From a virus (Duplodnaviria > Caudoviricetes), in the IMG/VR virus record IMGVR_UViG_3300032240_000532, positions 1-58,261 of that record: 58,261 nucleotides of DNA. One strand, given 5' to 3'. Position numbers and translations under genes: made by a program. Under the pieces are notes generated by a model. That model saw only the letters and a list, made by a program, of their open reading frames with translations. It had not been told where the DNA came from and did no database searches. Shown here piece by piece: positions 27,801 through 37,079 of the stretch (position 1 is the first letter of the stretch; the number at the start of each line of letters is the position of its first letter).

Positions 27801-30800
27801 CACTGCCGCAGAACCAACCACAACTGAGAAGAAGTCATACAAGCGTTTTGAACCCGAAAGCATGAAGGTTGTGTTTGAGGTTGCACCCGACCCCAACAAT
27901 ACTGAGTTGAGTGAGCGTTGGAATGCAATGCCGCAAGCGGGGCGCTTGGAAATCAGCAACCGTGTTGCCGAGCAAATTGTTAAGAAGGCGCTTCAAGAGA
28001 CTGGCTTCAAGGGTAAGGTCGAAAGCCAAGTCGGTAGTTACTTGAACGATACCAACCCATCGTTTGCGCTTGTTTTGCAAAAGGGCGACCCCGTTGTCAT
28101 GGCAAAGTTCTTGGGGCATGCACTGTCCCAAGATTCCATGATGGTTCTTTCTCCTACTGCGGGAAAAGGTTTGGATGCCACTGGTGCAATCACTGTTGCG
28201 GTTGGAGACAAGACCGCAGAAGAGGTAGATGCAATCTATCAAAAATTGCGCAAGATTCGTTTATACGGTGAGCAACCTATTGGCGGTCAATCGACCATCA
28301 ATGGCAATATGGTCATCTTGAATTACTCAAACGTTGAGACAGAAAAACTCGCAAGAGAAATTGACTATGCGCTTGGTCGTGAATACAATGTAGAACACAC
28401 GGAAATCTATACTGCTTTCCCTGAAAAAGAGGATTACAACTATGCCAGTACAGAAGATGTCGGAACAGAGGAAGAGAGAAATCTTCGGGGCAGGAGTAAT
28501 TCTCTCAGGGCAGAAGCATCGCAACTCCTTCAAGAAGAACTCGACTCCTATCGACCTCCAGAACCTACCGTTCGACCCAGCCGTCGAAGCGCAGAAGGAA
28601 TCGTCCTTGGCGAAAAGCAAGATGGTGCGCTGAGTTACGAAGGCACACACTACGGCAAAGTACAAGCCAACACTCTTGTTGGCAGAATGTACGGCTCAGG
28701 AATCCGAGGCGCAGAGCGTGAGCGCCTAGACCAATCAAACGACTCACGCATCAAGAAGCGTGTGTACTTCTACATCGAGAAGCCCAACGGTCAGATGCCG
28801 TTGCGTGAGGCTGGACTCGGCCCTCATATCCATAGACAGAACTTTGACAACATCCTCGGCCCAAGTTCCGAGATGAATCGCATTTCAAATCTTGCAAAGG
28901 GCGACTCCAACAAGTTTGAGAGTTTGGTTGTTGACGAAGGCTTTGATGGATACGCCATCCCCGATATGGGCGTGATGGTCATTCTCAATCACGATGTGCC
29001 CGTCAAATACGAAGGCTCTACTGCTGAAGGCAAGTACTCTTTGAAAACGCCCGAGGGTGGTTATAAGAGCAATGCACTCAACATCATGGAAGGTGTTGTA
29101 GAAAAGCCTGACCTCGGCAAGAAACCTACGGTTGAAGCCATCGCCAAATACTTTGACGGCTTGTATCCTGAGCGTTTGGATTACAACGACCCTACCAACT
29201 TTGCGCAAGCGGTTGACAAAGCCAAGGAAGAATTGAAGCATCAGATTGCCAAAGAAAACTCCGGTTTGGATTGGTACGATGAAGACATTGCCAAGGCATT
29301 TAAAGAAACTGCACGTGTCATCCCTGAGTTGAAGAAGCCCAACAAGCGGGTCTTGTTCACCATCATCGCTGGCATCATGTCTCCCGAAACAACTGCACGG
29401 GACAACTGGGTTATTGCGGCACAAGCGTTTAAACACTACATTGATACCGGGGAGATTCCGGGGAACAATCCTGCGACCGGAGGTTTGTGGCAAGGTGGTG
29501 TGACATCGCCAAACAAACGCACTCAACTTAATCTCTTGAACAACATGGTCAAAGATTTGGGCGAGAAGGGTGCGCTCAATTGGCTGACCACAGACCACAC
29601 GGTTCGTGAGATTAACGAAGCCCGTGCAAAGTACGGAAACATCAAGAGCGGTATCGGTGGCAAGGCTACCGACATGGTTCCTGCGCTTTACACATTCGGA
29701 CCGAAGGTCGGCCCATTCGTATCGAATTTAAACGGCATTCATGATGTCACTGTTGACAAGTGGATGACACGAACGTTCAATCGTTATTTTGGTACAATGA
29801 TTGGTGCGAACGGTGAAGTCGCAGACGCACCAACTGAACCACAACGTAGGGCAATTAAAAATCTAATTAACGAGGTAGCCAAAGATGCAAACGTCAAGCC
29901 GTACCAAGCACAGTCCCTCTTATGGTTCTTTGAGCAAAGCCTCTTCCGTGAACTCGGAGCGCCAGCACCATCCTATGGATTCAGCGATGGAGCAACCAAA
30001 TTTCTTGGACAGAATTCACAAGGAAGAGATGGAGGCGGTGCGAAGGGTGCAGGAAGCAATGCGCCGTCAACTGCAACTCTAGGTCGTCTATCAATTCGTG
30101 CGCCCGAAACGCCCGAGTTTAAACGTTGGTTTGGTGACAGCAAAATTGTTGATGAGGATGGCAATCCCAAAGTGATGTACCACGGCACTGCCCGTGACAT
30201 TACCGAGTTCAAACCCAAGCAAGCCAACGCCATTTTTGTAACTGAAAACGCTGGCTTTGCCGACCACTTCACAAGCGCAAGTGAAGACTACATGCGCAAA
30301 GAATTGTGGAATAAATCAGACCACAAAAAACATATTGAGTGGATAAAGAAAGCCACGAACCAAGCCAAGAAAGATGGCTACGTAACTCCCAAAGAGGCAT
30401 CAAGAATTATTTCTGAATCGGAAATGATTGATGGAACTTACGGCACTATTCCTTCCGAAATTGAAGTTCAAGTTTGGGATGTGTTGAATGACCAACTGCC
30501 ATCAAAAGCAAACATAATGCCCGTCTATGTAAGGGCAGAAAATCCTTTTGATTACGAAAACCCTAAACATGTTGAACGGGTTTTGGCTGAGGTCTATCCA
30601 AACTTGGACATGAAAAATTCAAGCGCAGAAGAAAGCCTACAACTGGGTAATTGGGAGCGCATTGAAAGTAAAGAATATCAAAACGCTATCAAGGCTTTGG
30701 GGTTTGATTCTTTCTACGTTAAAGAAGGCGATGTTAAAAACCTTGCCGTTTACAACCCAAATCAAATCAAGTCTGCCACTGGAAACGTTGGCACATTTGG

Positions 30801-33546
30801 CGAGACTCCCGACATCCGTTACTCTTTGAATCAAGAGGCGGTGGCTTCTGACGTTGAAGAGACTGGTCGCAGAGACAACCTTATCTATTTGTTGCAAGAC
30901 AAACAGATTGACTTGAAGCGTGTCATCGACAACATCCGCAAGTACGGCAAGGAAATCTCCGATAAGTGGAATGCTTACCTCCAAGAAGAACTGTTCCACG
31001 GTCGCTCTGCCGCTCGTGTGAAGTACTTCATTGACCGTGAGTTGCAACCGTTGCTCCGTCAGATGTCAGATGCAAACATCACTCTCGATGAGATGGATGA
31101 CTATCTGCTTGCCCGTCATGCGAAAGAGGCGAACGCCTACATCCGCACAATCAACAAAGACCCGAAAGCCAATTCGGGTATGACGGACAAAGAGGCTGAC
31201 GATTACATTGCGGCTATCCCCGCACCTCGTCGCCAAGCGTTTGAACGCATTGCCAAACAAGTGGATGCCATGACCAAAGAGACCCGCCAGTTGATGGTGG
31301 ACTATGGTCTTGAGAAGCAAAGCACAATTGACACTTGGGAAAAGACCTACAAGAACTATGTGCCGTTGTTCCGTGAGGAAACTGAAGGTTCGCCTATTAG
31401 CACTGGTCGTGGTTATTCCATCCGTGGTTCGACTACCCGCACCCGTACAGGTTCGTCCAAGGGTGTGGTCGATGTGTTGGCAAACATCGCCATGCAACGT
31501 GAGCGCACTATTGCCCGTGGTGAGAAGAACCGTGTGGGCAACGCACTGTATGGCTTAGTTGCTCAGAACCCCGACAATAAGTTTTGGATGGCTATTGCGC
31601 CCGACAATGTCAGCAGAGCAAACCTTGAGAGCGAACTCTTGGGCATGGGCTTGCCGCCCGATGTGGCAGACAACCTTGCCAAGAAACCCAAAGAGCGTGT
31701 TCTCAATACGGTCACTGGCGAGTACGAGTACAAAACAAATCCGCTGTGGCTCCAGCAACCCAACGTTTTCCTAACCCGTGTAAACGGGGAAGACCGAGTC
31801 ATCGTGTTCAACATGGACAACGAACGTGCTTCACGCATGGCGGTGACCTTCAACAACTTGGATGCCAACCAACAGTCTCAGGCGCTTGCCATGATGGGAA
31901 CTGCGGGTGAGTATGTCCAAGGAACCATTAACACCGTTGGCAAGGCTACCCGTTACTTTGCCGCAGTGAACACCCAATACAACCCTGCGTTCAGTATCTA
32001 CAACTTCATGCGTGATATTGGCGGTGCAGTTTTGAACTTGCAGAGCACCAAACTTAAAGGCAAAGAGTTTGAGGTTATCTCTAATGCGTTCACCGCATTG
32101 AAGGATGTGTATCAAGACTTGCGCTTGGTCAGAGCGGGTGAACGGGCTACATCGAAGTGGGCACAAATCTTTGAAGAGTTTGAACTCGAAGGCGGTAAGA
32201 CTGGCTTCCGTGATTTATTCAACTCCTCTGAAGACAGAGCCAAAGCACTGCAAGCAGAACTTGACTCGTTTAAACATGGTGGAGTTAAGACCAAGGCTAA
32301 GGCGGTGTTTGACTGGTTGTCGGATTTCAACGAAGCCGTGGAAAACTCTATACGTGTTTCTGCGTATGCGTCTGCCAAAGAGATGGGCATGTCCAACGCA
32401 CAGGCGGCAAGCCTTGCCAAGAACCTGACCGTGAACTTCAACCGCACTGGTGCGGCAAGCAAGAACTTCACAACCCTCTATGCGTTCTTCAACGCATCGG
32501 TACAGGGTTCCGCTCGTATTGCTCAGACCCTCATGAACCCTGACGGCAAACTGAGTTCAGCAGGGAAGATGATTGTCAAAGGTGGTTTGTCACTGGGTGT
32601 CATGCAAGCCGTGTTGTTGGCAATCGCTGGCTTTGAGGAAGATGAACCGCCTGAGTTTGTTAAGGACAAGAACTTCATCATCCCCTATGGCGATAAGAAG
32701 TATCTTGCTATCCCGATGCCACTGGGGTTCAACGTCTTCCCATCGTTCGGTAGACGTGCCACTGAGTTTGCAATGTCCCGTGACAAGAACGTGGGCAAGG
32801 CAATGTTCGGCATGACCGAGATGGTATTGGATGCGTTCAACCCGTTGGGCAGTGCAACCTTTGCGCAAACTCTGACTCCAACCTTGCTTGACCCGATTGT
32901 TGCTTTGGCTGAGAACAAAGACTTCTCCGGCAGACCAATTGCCAAGGAAGACATAAACAGTTTAAACCCTACACCGGGCTATACACGAGGCAAAGAAAAC
33001 GCTTCTGCGGTTAGCACGGGCTTGGCTTATGCGGTCAACTTGCTCTCAGGTGGAAGCGAATTCAAGAAGGGTGTCATCAGTCCAACGCCTGACCAAATTG
33101 ATTATTTGATTGGTCAAATTACAGGCGGTGTGGGTCGTGAGATTCTGAAAGTTGAGAAGACTCTAACTGCCAAATCAACTGGTGAGGAACTGGCAACCTA
33201 CAACATTCCAGTGGTGGGTCGCATGCTTGGTGACGTGAAGCAGAAGACGGTTGAGACATCACGCTTCTACGACAACGTTCAGAAAATGAACGAGCATCAG
33301 CATGAGATTGAAGGTCTTGCCAAGTCGGGCAGGGATGCAAGCGAGTATCTGCAAGACAATCCCGAAGCCGCATTGTACAAAGTCGCAGACAAAATCTACA
33401 ACAAAGTCTCTGACTTGAAGCACAAGCGCAAAGAGTTGAAGGCTAAGGGCGCAACCGATGCAGACTTGAAAGGTTACGACGAAGCCATTCTTCTCTACAT
33501 GCAAGCCTTCAACGAAGCGGTCAAGGACGCTAAGTCTTCCCGCTAA
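24862..33546 (+). CDS. Giant polyvalent virion protein (zincin metallopeptidase, glycosylase-like, ADP-ribosyltransferase-like and LPD38-like domains)
   Basis: 2894 aa; HETIH (~27436); GLDWY...GPKV..F..NL...VTVDKWM.R; FKRWFGDSKIVDEDGNPKVMYHGT...NPNQIKSATGN; C-terminal LAIPMPLGF...ENKDFSGRPI...PDQIDYLI. Confidence 0.78.
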   Translation: MARDFSAELFGSPQGAGKDFGAELFGAEPPPDTGFTGALKSSYERMKGEGALLAGKVGLMSLPEAEEYNKQQELKAQKAFKPTQEGWTEAPFTKLKELAGGSLPYMVAPLAAGAAAAGTVALAPEAAVLGGLATAAEAAGFLGATAASATQFTGSNLARQMEEGKKLEDTSLLAAGATAIPQALLDTASSFITPGLGRILGKAGIKATEKEIGEIAKKGIMSTAGEYALQGAKISGIEGATEAGQQFLERMQAGLNLTDEDARKEYYDNFLGGAILGGVMGGAGHAYEKAFPQKAAKALPDTPPQNKQEAQDTAVKILALPAPEEIIADTRRYDPVMNPLGNFIDDDLKDILTPAQIKRINDDRKEAGKPKINSYSVEDVHDAIQNSTDDQGNALTPEAQQGILNSLITFKSGYDGTMPVTPETVLQMAEQKNVEPNTQGFNDFLTRVTGLDDLNNMQPPQLYAAWKALSNLDDSPQLRILPQGTNAVRFTEKQYTNALDGLQTVFGELGTDALSATSVKAELKEFSGLERDADVDALYRAAVQRGDLEENFQEVKTTEGVKHPLTVSFAGKVEALPGGFDIRNQAFKQGEIPEHYEVRNGRVVQGRAPTMEEAQKILDEQTQVNAEVAKKPEAAITKLRKDIDMRNRVLAEKRATGYYDTDGYKALEAHLNGLNRRAEAQIAQHENDIRNLTNPLSIVPSETTKPVVGKKHVFYEGEKPLASFENKTQAEEYGMMRKNENGEYAVPDSMLQQIIDTAPTTKGILPKRYAEMAKKELARRQGTAPKGIEIRRSIYNPEVDAALDGLRQTLLPQLKKFGLEKVGLRIVNSIADGQADGAYLKNLITVALDAKNPMGVLRHETIHALKDLGAFTPQEWKVLENKAKSEWVQKYIKDAGLYKAYQDAYKKEHGNLNGFDAYINEEAIAEAFKDFANNKPPAGLIGNIFYRIGEMLRGIANTFKRLGFTSVDQIFRKIEAGEMRTAAEPTTTEKKSYKRFEPESMKVVFEVAPDPNNTELSERWNAMPQAGRLEISNRVAEQIVKKALQETGFKGKVESQVGSYLNDTNPSFALVLQKGDPVVMAKFLGHALSQDSMMVLSPTAGKGLDATGAITVAVGDKTAEEVDAIYQKLRKIRLYGEQPIGGQSTINGNMVILNYSNVETEKLAREIDYALGREYNVEHTEIYTAFPEKEDYNYASTEDVGTEEERNLRGRSNSLRAEASQLLQEELDSYRPPEPTVRPSRRSAEGIVLGEKQDGALSYEGTHYGKVQANTLVGRMYGSGIRGAERERLDQSNDSRIKKRVYFYIEKPNGQMPLREAGLGPHIHRQNFDNILGPSSEMNRISNLAKGDSNKFESLVVDEGFDGYAIPDMGVMVILNHDVPVKYEGSTAEGKYSLKTPEGGYKSNALNIMEGVVEKPDLGKKPTVEAIAKYFDGLYPERLDYNDPTNFAQAVDKAKEELKHQIAKENSGLDWYDEDIAKAFKETARVIPELKKPNKRVLFTIIAGIMSPETTARDNWVIAAQAFKHYIDTGEIPGNNPATGGLWQGGVTSPNKRTQLNLLNNMVKDLGEKGALNWLTTDHTVREINEARAKYGNIKSGIGGKATDMVPALYTFGPKVGPFVSNLNGIHDVTVDKWMTRTFNRYFGTMIGANGEVADAPTEPQRRAIKNLINEVAKDANVKPYQAQSLLWFFEQSLFRELGAPAPSYGFSDGATKFLGQNSQGRDGGGAKGAGSNAPSTATLGRLSIRAPETPEFKRWFGDSKIVDEDGNPKVMYHGTARDITEFKPKQANAIFVTENAGFADHFTSASEDYMRKELWNKSDHKKHIEWIKKATNQAKKDGYVTPKEASRIISESEMIDGTYGTIPSEIEVQVWDVLNDQLPSKANIMPVYVRAENPFDYENPKHVERVLAEVYPNLDMKNSSAEESLQLGNWERIESKEYQNAIKALGFDSFYVKEGDVKNLAVYNPNQIKSATGNVGTFGETPDIRYSLNQEAVASDVEETGRRDNLIYLLQDKQIDLKRVIDNIRKYGKEISDKWNAYLQEELFHGRSAARVKYFIDRELQPLLRQMSDANITLDEMDDYLLARHAKEANAYIRTINKDPKANSGMTDKEADDYIAAIPAPRRQAFERIAKQVDAMTKETRQLMVDYGLEKQSTIDTWEKTYKNYVPLFREETEGSPISTGRGYSIRGSTTRTRTGSSKGVVDVLANIAMQRERTIARGEKNRVGNALYGLVAQNPDNKFWMAIAPDNVSRANLESELLGMGLPPDVADNLAKKPKERVLNTVTGEYEYKTNPLWLQQPNVFLTRVNGEDRVIVFNMDNERASRMAVTFNNLDANQQSQALAMMGTAGEYVQGTINTVGKATRYFAAVNTQYNPAFSIYNFMRDIGGAVLNLQSTKLKGKEFEVISNAFTALKDVYQDLRLVRAGERATSKWAQIFEEFELEGGKTGFRDLFNSSEDRAKALQAELDSFKHGGVKTKAKAVFDWLSDFNEAVENSIRVSAYASAKEMGMSNAQAASLAKNLTVNFNRTGAASKNFTTLYAFFNASVQGSARIAQTLMNPDGKLSSAGKMIVKGGLSLGVMQAVLLAIAGFEEDEPPEFVKDKNFIIPYGDKKYLAIPMPLGFNVFPSFGRRATEFAMSRDKNVGKAMFGMTEMVLDAFNPLGSATFAQTLTPTLLDPIVALAENKDFSGRPIAKEDINSLNPTPGYTRGKENASAVSTGLAYAVNLLSGGSEFKKGVISPTPDQIDYLIGQITGGVGREILKVEKTLTAKSTGEELATYNIPVVGRMLGDVKQKTVETSRFYDNVQKMNEHQHEIEGLAKSGRDASEYLQDNPEAALYKVADKIYNKVSDLKHKRKELKAKGATDADLKGYDEAILLYMQAFNEAVKDAKSSR

Positions 33547-33841
33547 CCCGATTGCCTCTGAGTTCGTCAGCCAACCTCCTGACTTGCTCAAGCAATTCCA
33601 TCTCAGTGCCGTAGCGTTTCTCGAACTCCTTTTTCCAAGGATGTCGGGAAACGACTATCTCATTGTTGACACCAAGGCGGTGGTGCGATGGACAAAGCGG
33701 TATGGTGTGGAAGTCATCAATCCGTTTACCCGCATGCAAAATGTGATGGATGTCTGGGTCAGACTTAACGCCCATCGTGTTTAAACAGCAGATGCAACCC
33801 ATGTCCTGCAACAGCAGGAACCACTCTTTACGTTTGTCCAT
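33530..33841 (-). CDS. Ref-like/HNH-type Zn nuclease
   Basis: GCICC...IHH...TIPLCPSHHR...FEKRYGTE. Confidence 0.7.
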   Translation of the reverse strand: MDKRKEWFLLLQDMGCICCLNTMGVKSDPDIHHILHAGKRIDDFHTIPLCPSHHRLGVNNEIVVSRHPWKKEFEKRYGTEMELLEQVRRLADELRGNRVSGKT

Positions 33842-33992
33842 TGCGTCTTACCTCCTTGCGCCAAGCGTCATGAAGAATATCGTTGTCAAGACGGAGTTCA
33901 CGGTTTTCCTCTTGAAGTTTGACCCAAGCCTCGTAAGCATCTTTGGCAAACTTCTCAAGGGTATCCCTCTCCCATGTTCTAAAGTCAGGCAT
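33828..33992 (-). CDS. Small coiled-coil protein
   Basis: MPDFRTWERDTLEKFAKDAY...; overlaps both neighbours. Confidence 0.55.
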   Translation of the reverse strand: MPDFRTWERDTLEKFAKDAYEAWVKLQEENRELRLDNDILHDAWRKEVRRNGQT

Positions 33993-34761
33993 CGGTAGAC
34001 TCAAGTCTTGGAAATGGTGAACCCTCCGGTTTGGCAAAGTCTGTCTCATCAATCCGGTACTCGGGGATGGCAAGGCGCATGCGAATCTTGTGCAGTTGTG
34101 TTTTCTCTTTGAAGAATCGCAAAGACTGAGTCTCCCAATCCCAATCAACATTCTCGGGAACATCAATCGGTGGCAAGTCGCTATCTCGATTCAAATTCTC
34201 AGGAACTTTAAACGCCCATTGAGTCAAGTGTCGTTCAGTGTCTACACCTTTTACTTTCCTAAAATCTATATGCAAGTCTGTTCGGTCTTCAATTTGTTCT
34301 GATGTCATGTAGGTATCGCCCCATTTAATAATTTCCACAGATGTAAAGTGTGGTTTAGTTCTCCAAATCAACATCTTCTGTTCGTTGCCTTTGGCAATTG
34401 ATTCAAACTCATCAAGGCAGAACTGAACCAACTTGGCTTCTGCTTCCTTGGCATCACCGCCCTCGATGGCGTAGCCAATCGTTTGATAAGTGATGCGGAT
34501 GAGTTCTTTCTCTTTATCACGCACCGCTTGGAATGCGTTGGGTGTTAGAAATTTATGTGCCGCCAACATGTCTGTCCATTCCATGTAGGCTTGGGCTTGA
34601 CCCATCTTGCATTTAAACAACCTTTCAAGCGCCCCGGTGAGCGCATCAGCCGTGTAAACGCTGTTTGCTTGCGCCAGATTGCTGGCAGAAAGAACGATGG
34701 ACGGCATCGCCAACGATGCGGCTCCAACGGATATAGCCTTTAAAAAGTTTCTGCGTTCCAT
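33985..34761 (-). CDS. Hypothetical protein with twin-arginine (Tat)-like signal peptide
   Basis: MERRNFLK followed by hydrophobic AISVGAASLAMPSIVLSA; aggag RBS. Confidence 0.65.
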   Translation of the reverse strand: MERRNFLKAISVGAASLAMPSIVLSASNLAQANSVYTADALTGALERLFKCKMGQAQAYMEWTDMLAAHKFLTPNAFQAVRDKEKELIRITYQTIGYAIEGGDAKEAEAKLVQFCLDEFESIAKGNEQKMLIWRTKPHFTSVEIIKWGDTYMTSEQIEDRTDLHIDFRKVKGVDTERHLTQWAFKVPENLNRDSDLPPIDVPENVDWDWETQSLRFFKEKTQLHKIRMRLAIPEYRIDETDFAKPEGSPFPRLESTDA

Positions 34762-34762
34762 G

Positions 34763-35038
34763 TCATTCTCCTATTCCAAGATAAGTTTGAAGTGCGTTTG
34801 CGAATTCGTAGACAAAGGTGTCAGGGTTCAGTTGACTGTATGGCGGGTACAAGGTAGTCCAAATATGGAGCACCTCCGCTTTGGTCAATCGTTTGGGCTG
34901 GTCAGTGGTAGAGAGTTTAAACACTGCAAGTGCGCTCGCCGGAACGGTGAAAGAAATGTTCTCCGTTTCGTGGTGCTTCATTGCTTGCTCCCGCTCAATG
35001 CGCTCAAACTCTTCGTCCTCGGGTTCCTTGAATGTCAT
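34763..35038 (-). CDS. Hypothetical protein
   Basis: 91-aa ORF within the leftward operon. Confidence 0.55.
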   Translation of the reverse strand: MTFKEPEDEEFERIEREQAMKHHETENISFTVPASALAVFKLSTTDQPKRLTKAEVLHIWTTLYPPYSQLNPDTFVYEFANALQTYLGIGE

Positions 35039-35040
35039 AA

Positions 35041-35190
35041 TTATTTTCCTTTGAGATTGCTAAAGCCAATCCGATTCTTTAAGTCGTGACAAGTTTGGCA
35101 TCGCCACATTTTTCTGCCATCACTTGTACGTACCTGTTTCACCGCAGGGCGAATACGGCACACCTGACAAGTGGGTTGTTTGTCGTTCAT
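35041..35190 (-). CDS. Small Zn-finger protein (49 aa, not in ORF track)
   Basis: MNDKQPTCQVC...WRCQTCHD... Confidence 0.6.
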   Translation of the reverse strand: MNDKQPTCQVCRIRPAVKQVRTSDGRKMWRCQTCHDLKNRIGFSNLKGK

Positions 35191-35345
35191 TCTTTATCTT
35201 TTGATTTAAAAGTGTATGAGTTGTAAGCAACCGCCCACAACAAAACAATTCCCGATACGGCACACACGTAAGGGTTTTCCCATACCCACATACCGAGTTC
35301 TACTCCAGTTAATCCAACAAGCATTGCGACTGTTACAAGCCTCAT
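35187..35345 (-). CDS. Small two-helix membrane protein (52 aa, not in ORF track)
   Basis: MRLVTVAMLVGLTGVELGMWVWENPYVCAVSGIVLLWAVAY...; ATGA overlaps on both sides. Confidence 0.55.
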   Translation of the reverse strand: MRLVTVAMLVGLTGVELGMWVWENPYVCAVSGIVLLWAVAYNSYTFKSKDKE

Positions 35346-35818
35346 GTCTTTCTCCCAAACTCAGGGTTCAACTTGTCCCGAGCCACAGAGTAGTAGGGCT
35401 TCTTCACACCATCCACAATGTTCTCAGGCTTGATGAACGCCTTACGGTTTATCCATCCCACAATGTCAGCACCGCCTTCTTGTAACTCGCACAAAACATA
35501 CAAGTCAAAGTTCTTGTCTGCTGATGTCAATGTGGCGTTTAAATTGCCACCCTTCTTTCGGGTTGTCTTCACGTCAATTGTCTTGCCGTGGTAGGTGATT
35601 AGGTCAGCGCCCCAATCACGTAGGTCAGTGTCCAAACTGAAATGCAAGTTCAAATGCTTGGCGACACAGTACTCTCCAATCACCCCATCAATCACGATGT
35701 CAAGCGGGTTCATGGCAGATTGAATCTGCTCCTCGCATGCTCGGCTTGTGGTGTGGTAACGCATCGTGCCAACGAATTGACAGGTGCGAAACTCGGAGTT
35801 GGATAAGTCGATACGCAT
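35342..35818 (-). CDS. Putative PD-(D/E)XK nuclease-fold protein
   Basis: GVIGEYCVAK...GADL...TIDVKT pattern. Confidence 0.5.
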   Translation of the reverse strand: MRIDLSNSEFRTCQFVGTMRYHTTSRACEEQIQSAMNPLDIVIDGVIGEYCVAKHLNLHFSLDTDLRDWGADLITYHGKTIDVKTTRKKGGNLNATLTSADKNFDLYVLCELQEGGADIVGWINRKAFIKPENIVDGVKKPYYSVARDKLNPEFGRKT

Positions 35819-35826
35819 TTAAACGC

Positions 35827-35964
35827 TCAGTCCCGTTTGTTCAAAGAGTTAAAGCGACTGTTGCAATACCAATTGAAGAACACGATGAATGCGGCAAGCC
35901 CAGTCACCACGAGTCCAATGAATGCAAAGCCCAGTAAAAGGAATATGAGAAAAGCCTCAAGCAT
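35827..35964 (-). CDS. Small membrane protein
   Basis: aggag RBS; MLEAFLIFLLLGFAFIGLVVTGLAAFIVFF. Confidence 0.55.
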   Translation of the reverse strand: MLEAFLIFLLLGFAFIGLVVTGLAAFIVFFNWYCNSRFNSLNKRD

Positions 35965-36160
35965 CGTTGTCTCCTTTGCGTTTGTATGGTCGCTTGGGTT
36001 TGATTGCGGCAATGCCACCCTCTTCCTCAAGCATGCGTCTTGCCATGTCCTTCGACATGTCGGGGATGTCTTCGAGGTGTTCGCCACTGATGATGAAACC
36101 AATCATGGCAAACCCTGTGTAGAGCATCTCAAGGTGTTCCCTGTCTTGCTCAGTCATCAA
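35957..36160 (-). CDS. Hypothetical protein
   Basis: Coupled 67-aa ORF. Confidence 0.55.
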   Translation of the reverse strand: MMTEQDREHLEMLYTGFAMIGFIISGEHLEDIPDMSKDMARRMLEEEGGIAAIKPKRPYKRKGDNDA

Positions 36161-36378
36161 TGAATGTCCTTTAGAACTTGCTTTAAACGCCTCTCCGCTT
36201 TCCCGTAGGATTTGCGAAACGCGTACATAGCCTTCTCCTCTTCCACCCCCGCCTCGACTGCAATGGCGGCAAGCACCATGCTGACTGCGGCAAGGATGGT
36301 CTGCGTATCAAGTTCAGCCTTGGGAGCCAAGAACTTGAATATCTCGATTGCCAGTTCTTTTGATTTGTCTTCTGACAT
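36157..36378 (-). CDS. Hypothetical protein
   Basis: MSEDKSKELAIEIFK...; coupled ORF. Confidence 0.55.
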   Translation of the reverse strand: MSEDKSKELAIEIFKFLAPKAELDTQTILAAVSMVLAAIAVEAGVEEEKAMYAFRKSYGKAERRLKQVLKDIH

Positions 36379-36379
36379 G

Positions 36380-36706
36380 TCAGCCTTTCTTCTCACGGAT
36401 GTACCGTTCAATCTCTTCACATACCAACTGACCAAAAGACTTGCCCGAGGGGAACATCATCTTCGCTCCCTCGGTATCTTTGACAATCCGCATAGCCTCG
36501 TTTAAACCGCCATTGAAGCCAGCGTTGTATGGGTCGTCATCGCCCATCAGCCTCATGGCGATGCCTTCACTTGCCACCTTTGAACCTGACAACTTACTCT
36601 TCTTCACAAAGCGTTTGAGTTGGTCGTTCAATTCAATGGGCAAATAAATCATCACCGGAGTCACCGTTTTAAAACGGCTCTTCTTTGTTCCATCTTTCAT
36701 ATTCAT
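36380..36706 (-). CDS. Possible ribbon-helix-helix DNA-binding protein
   Basis: PVMIYLPIELNDQLKRF...SKVASEGI pattern. Confidence 0.45.
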   Translation of the reverse strand: MNMKDGTKKSRFKTVTPVMIYLPIELNDQLKRFVKKSKLSGSKVASEGIAMRLMGDDDPYNAGFNGGLNEAMRIVKDTEGAKMMFPSGKSFGQLVCEEIERYIREKKG

Positions 36707-37079
36707 TCACCATTTCATCGAATAGTTGTTGCGCTTCTTGTTTGCCGTTAAGTTCAGTTCTTGATTTGATTCCGCATATTGCGTAGATGGCTTTGATTGC
36801 ATCATCCTCGTTTACACGGTCAGCGTGGCCCGCCTCTTTCAACCAAAACTGAAACTCTCTTGATTTGCACAGCATCCCCGCCCGTTGCACACGGTTGTGA
36901 TATGGCGTTGGCGATTCATCATCTTGGATGCGAACCATTGCCACGCCATACCGAGAACCGACAAAGTCCCTGAGAAGTTCCTCGGGGATTTCATCGGGGT
37001 GCATGCTCAGAGTAAGAACGTAGCCAGTACGGTCTTGCTTGAGCGCAACCTTGACACATTCAAACTGGAGTGCATTCAT
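36669..37079 (-). CDS. Hypothetical protein
   Basis: 136 aa, ...CGIKSRTEL... Confidence 0.6.
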   Translation of the reverse strand: MNALQFECVKVALKQDRTGYVLTLSMHPDEIPEELLRDFVGSRYGVAMVRIQDDESPTPYHNRVQRAGMLCKSREFQFWLKEAGHADRVNEDDAIKAIYAICGIKSRTELNGKQEAQQLFDEMVNEYERWNKEEPF

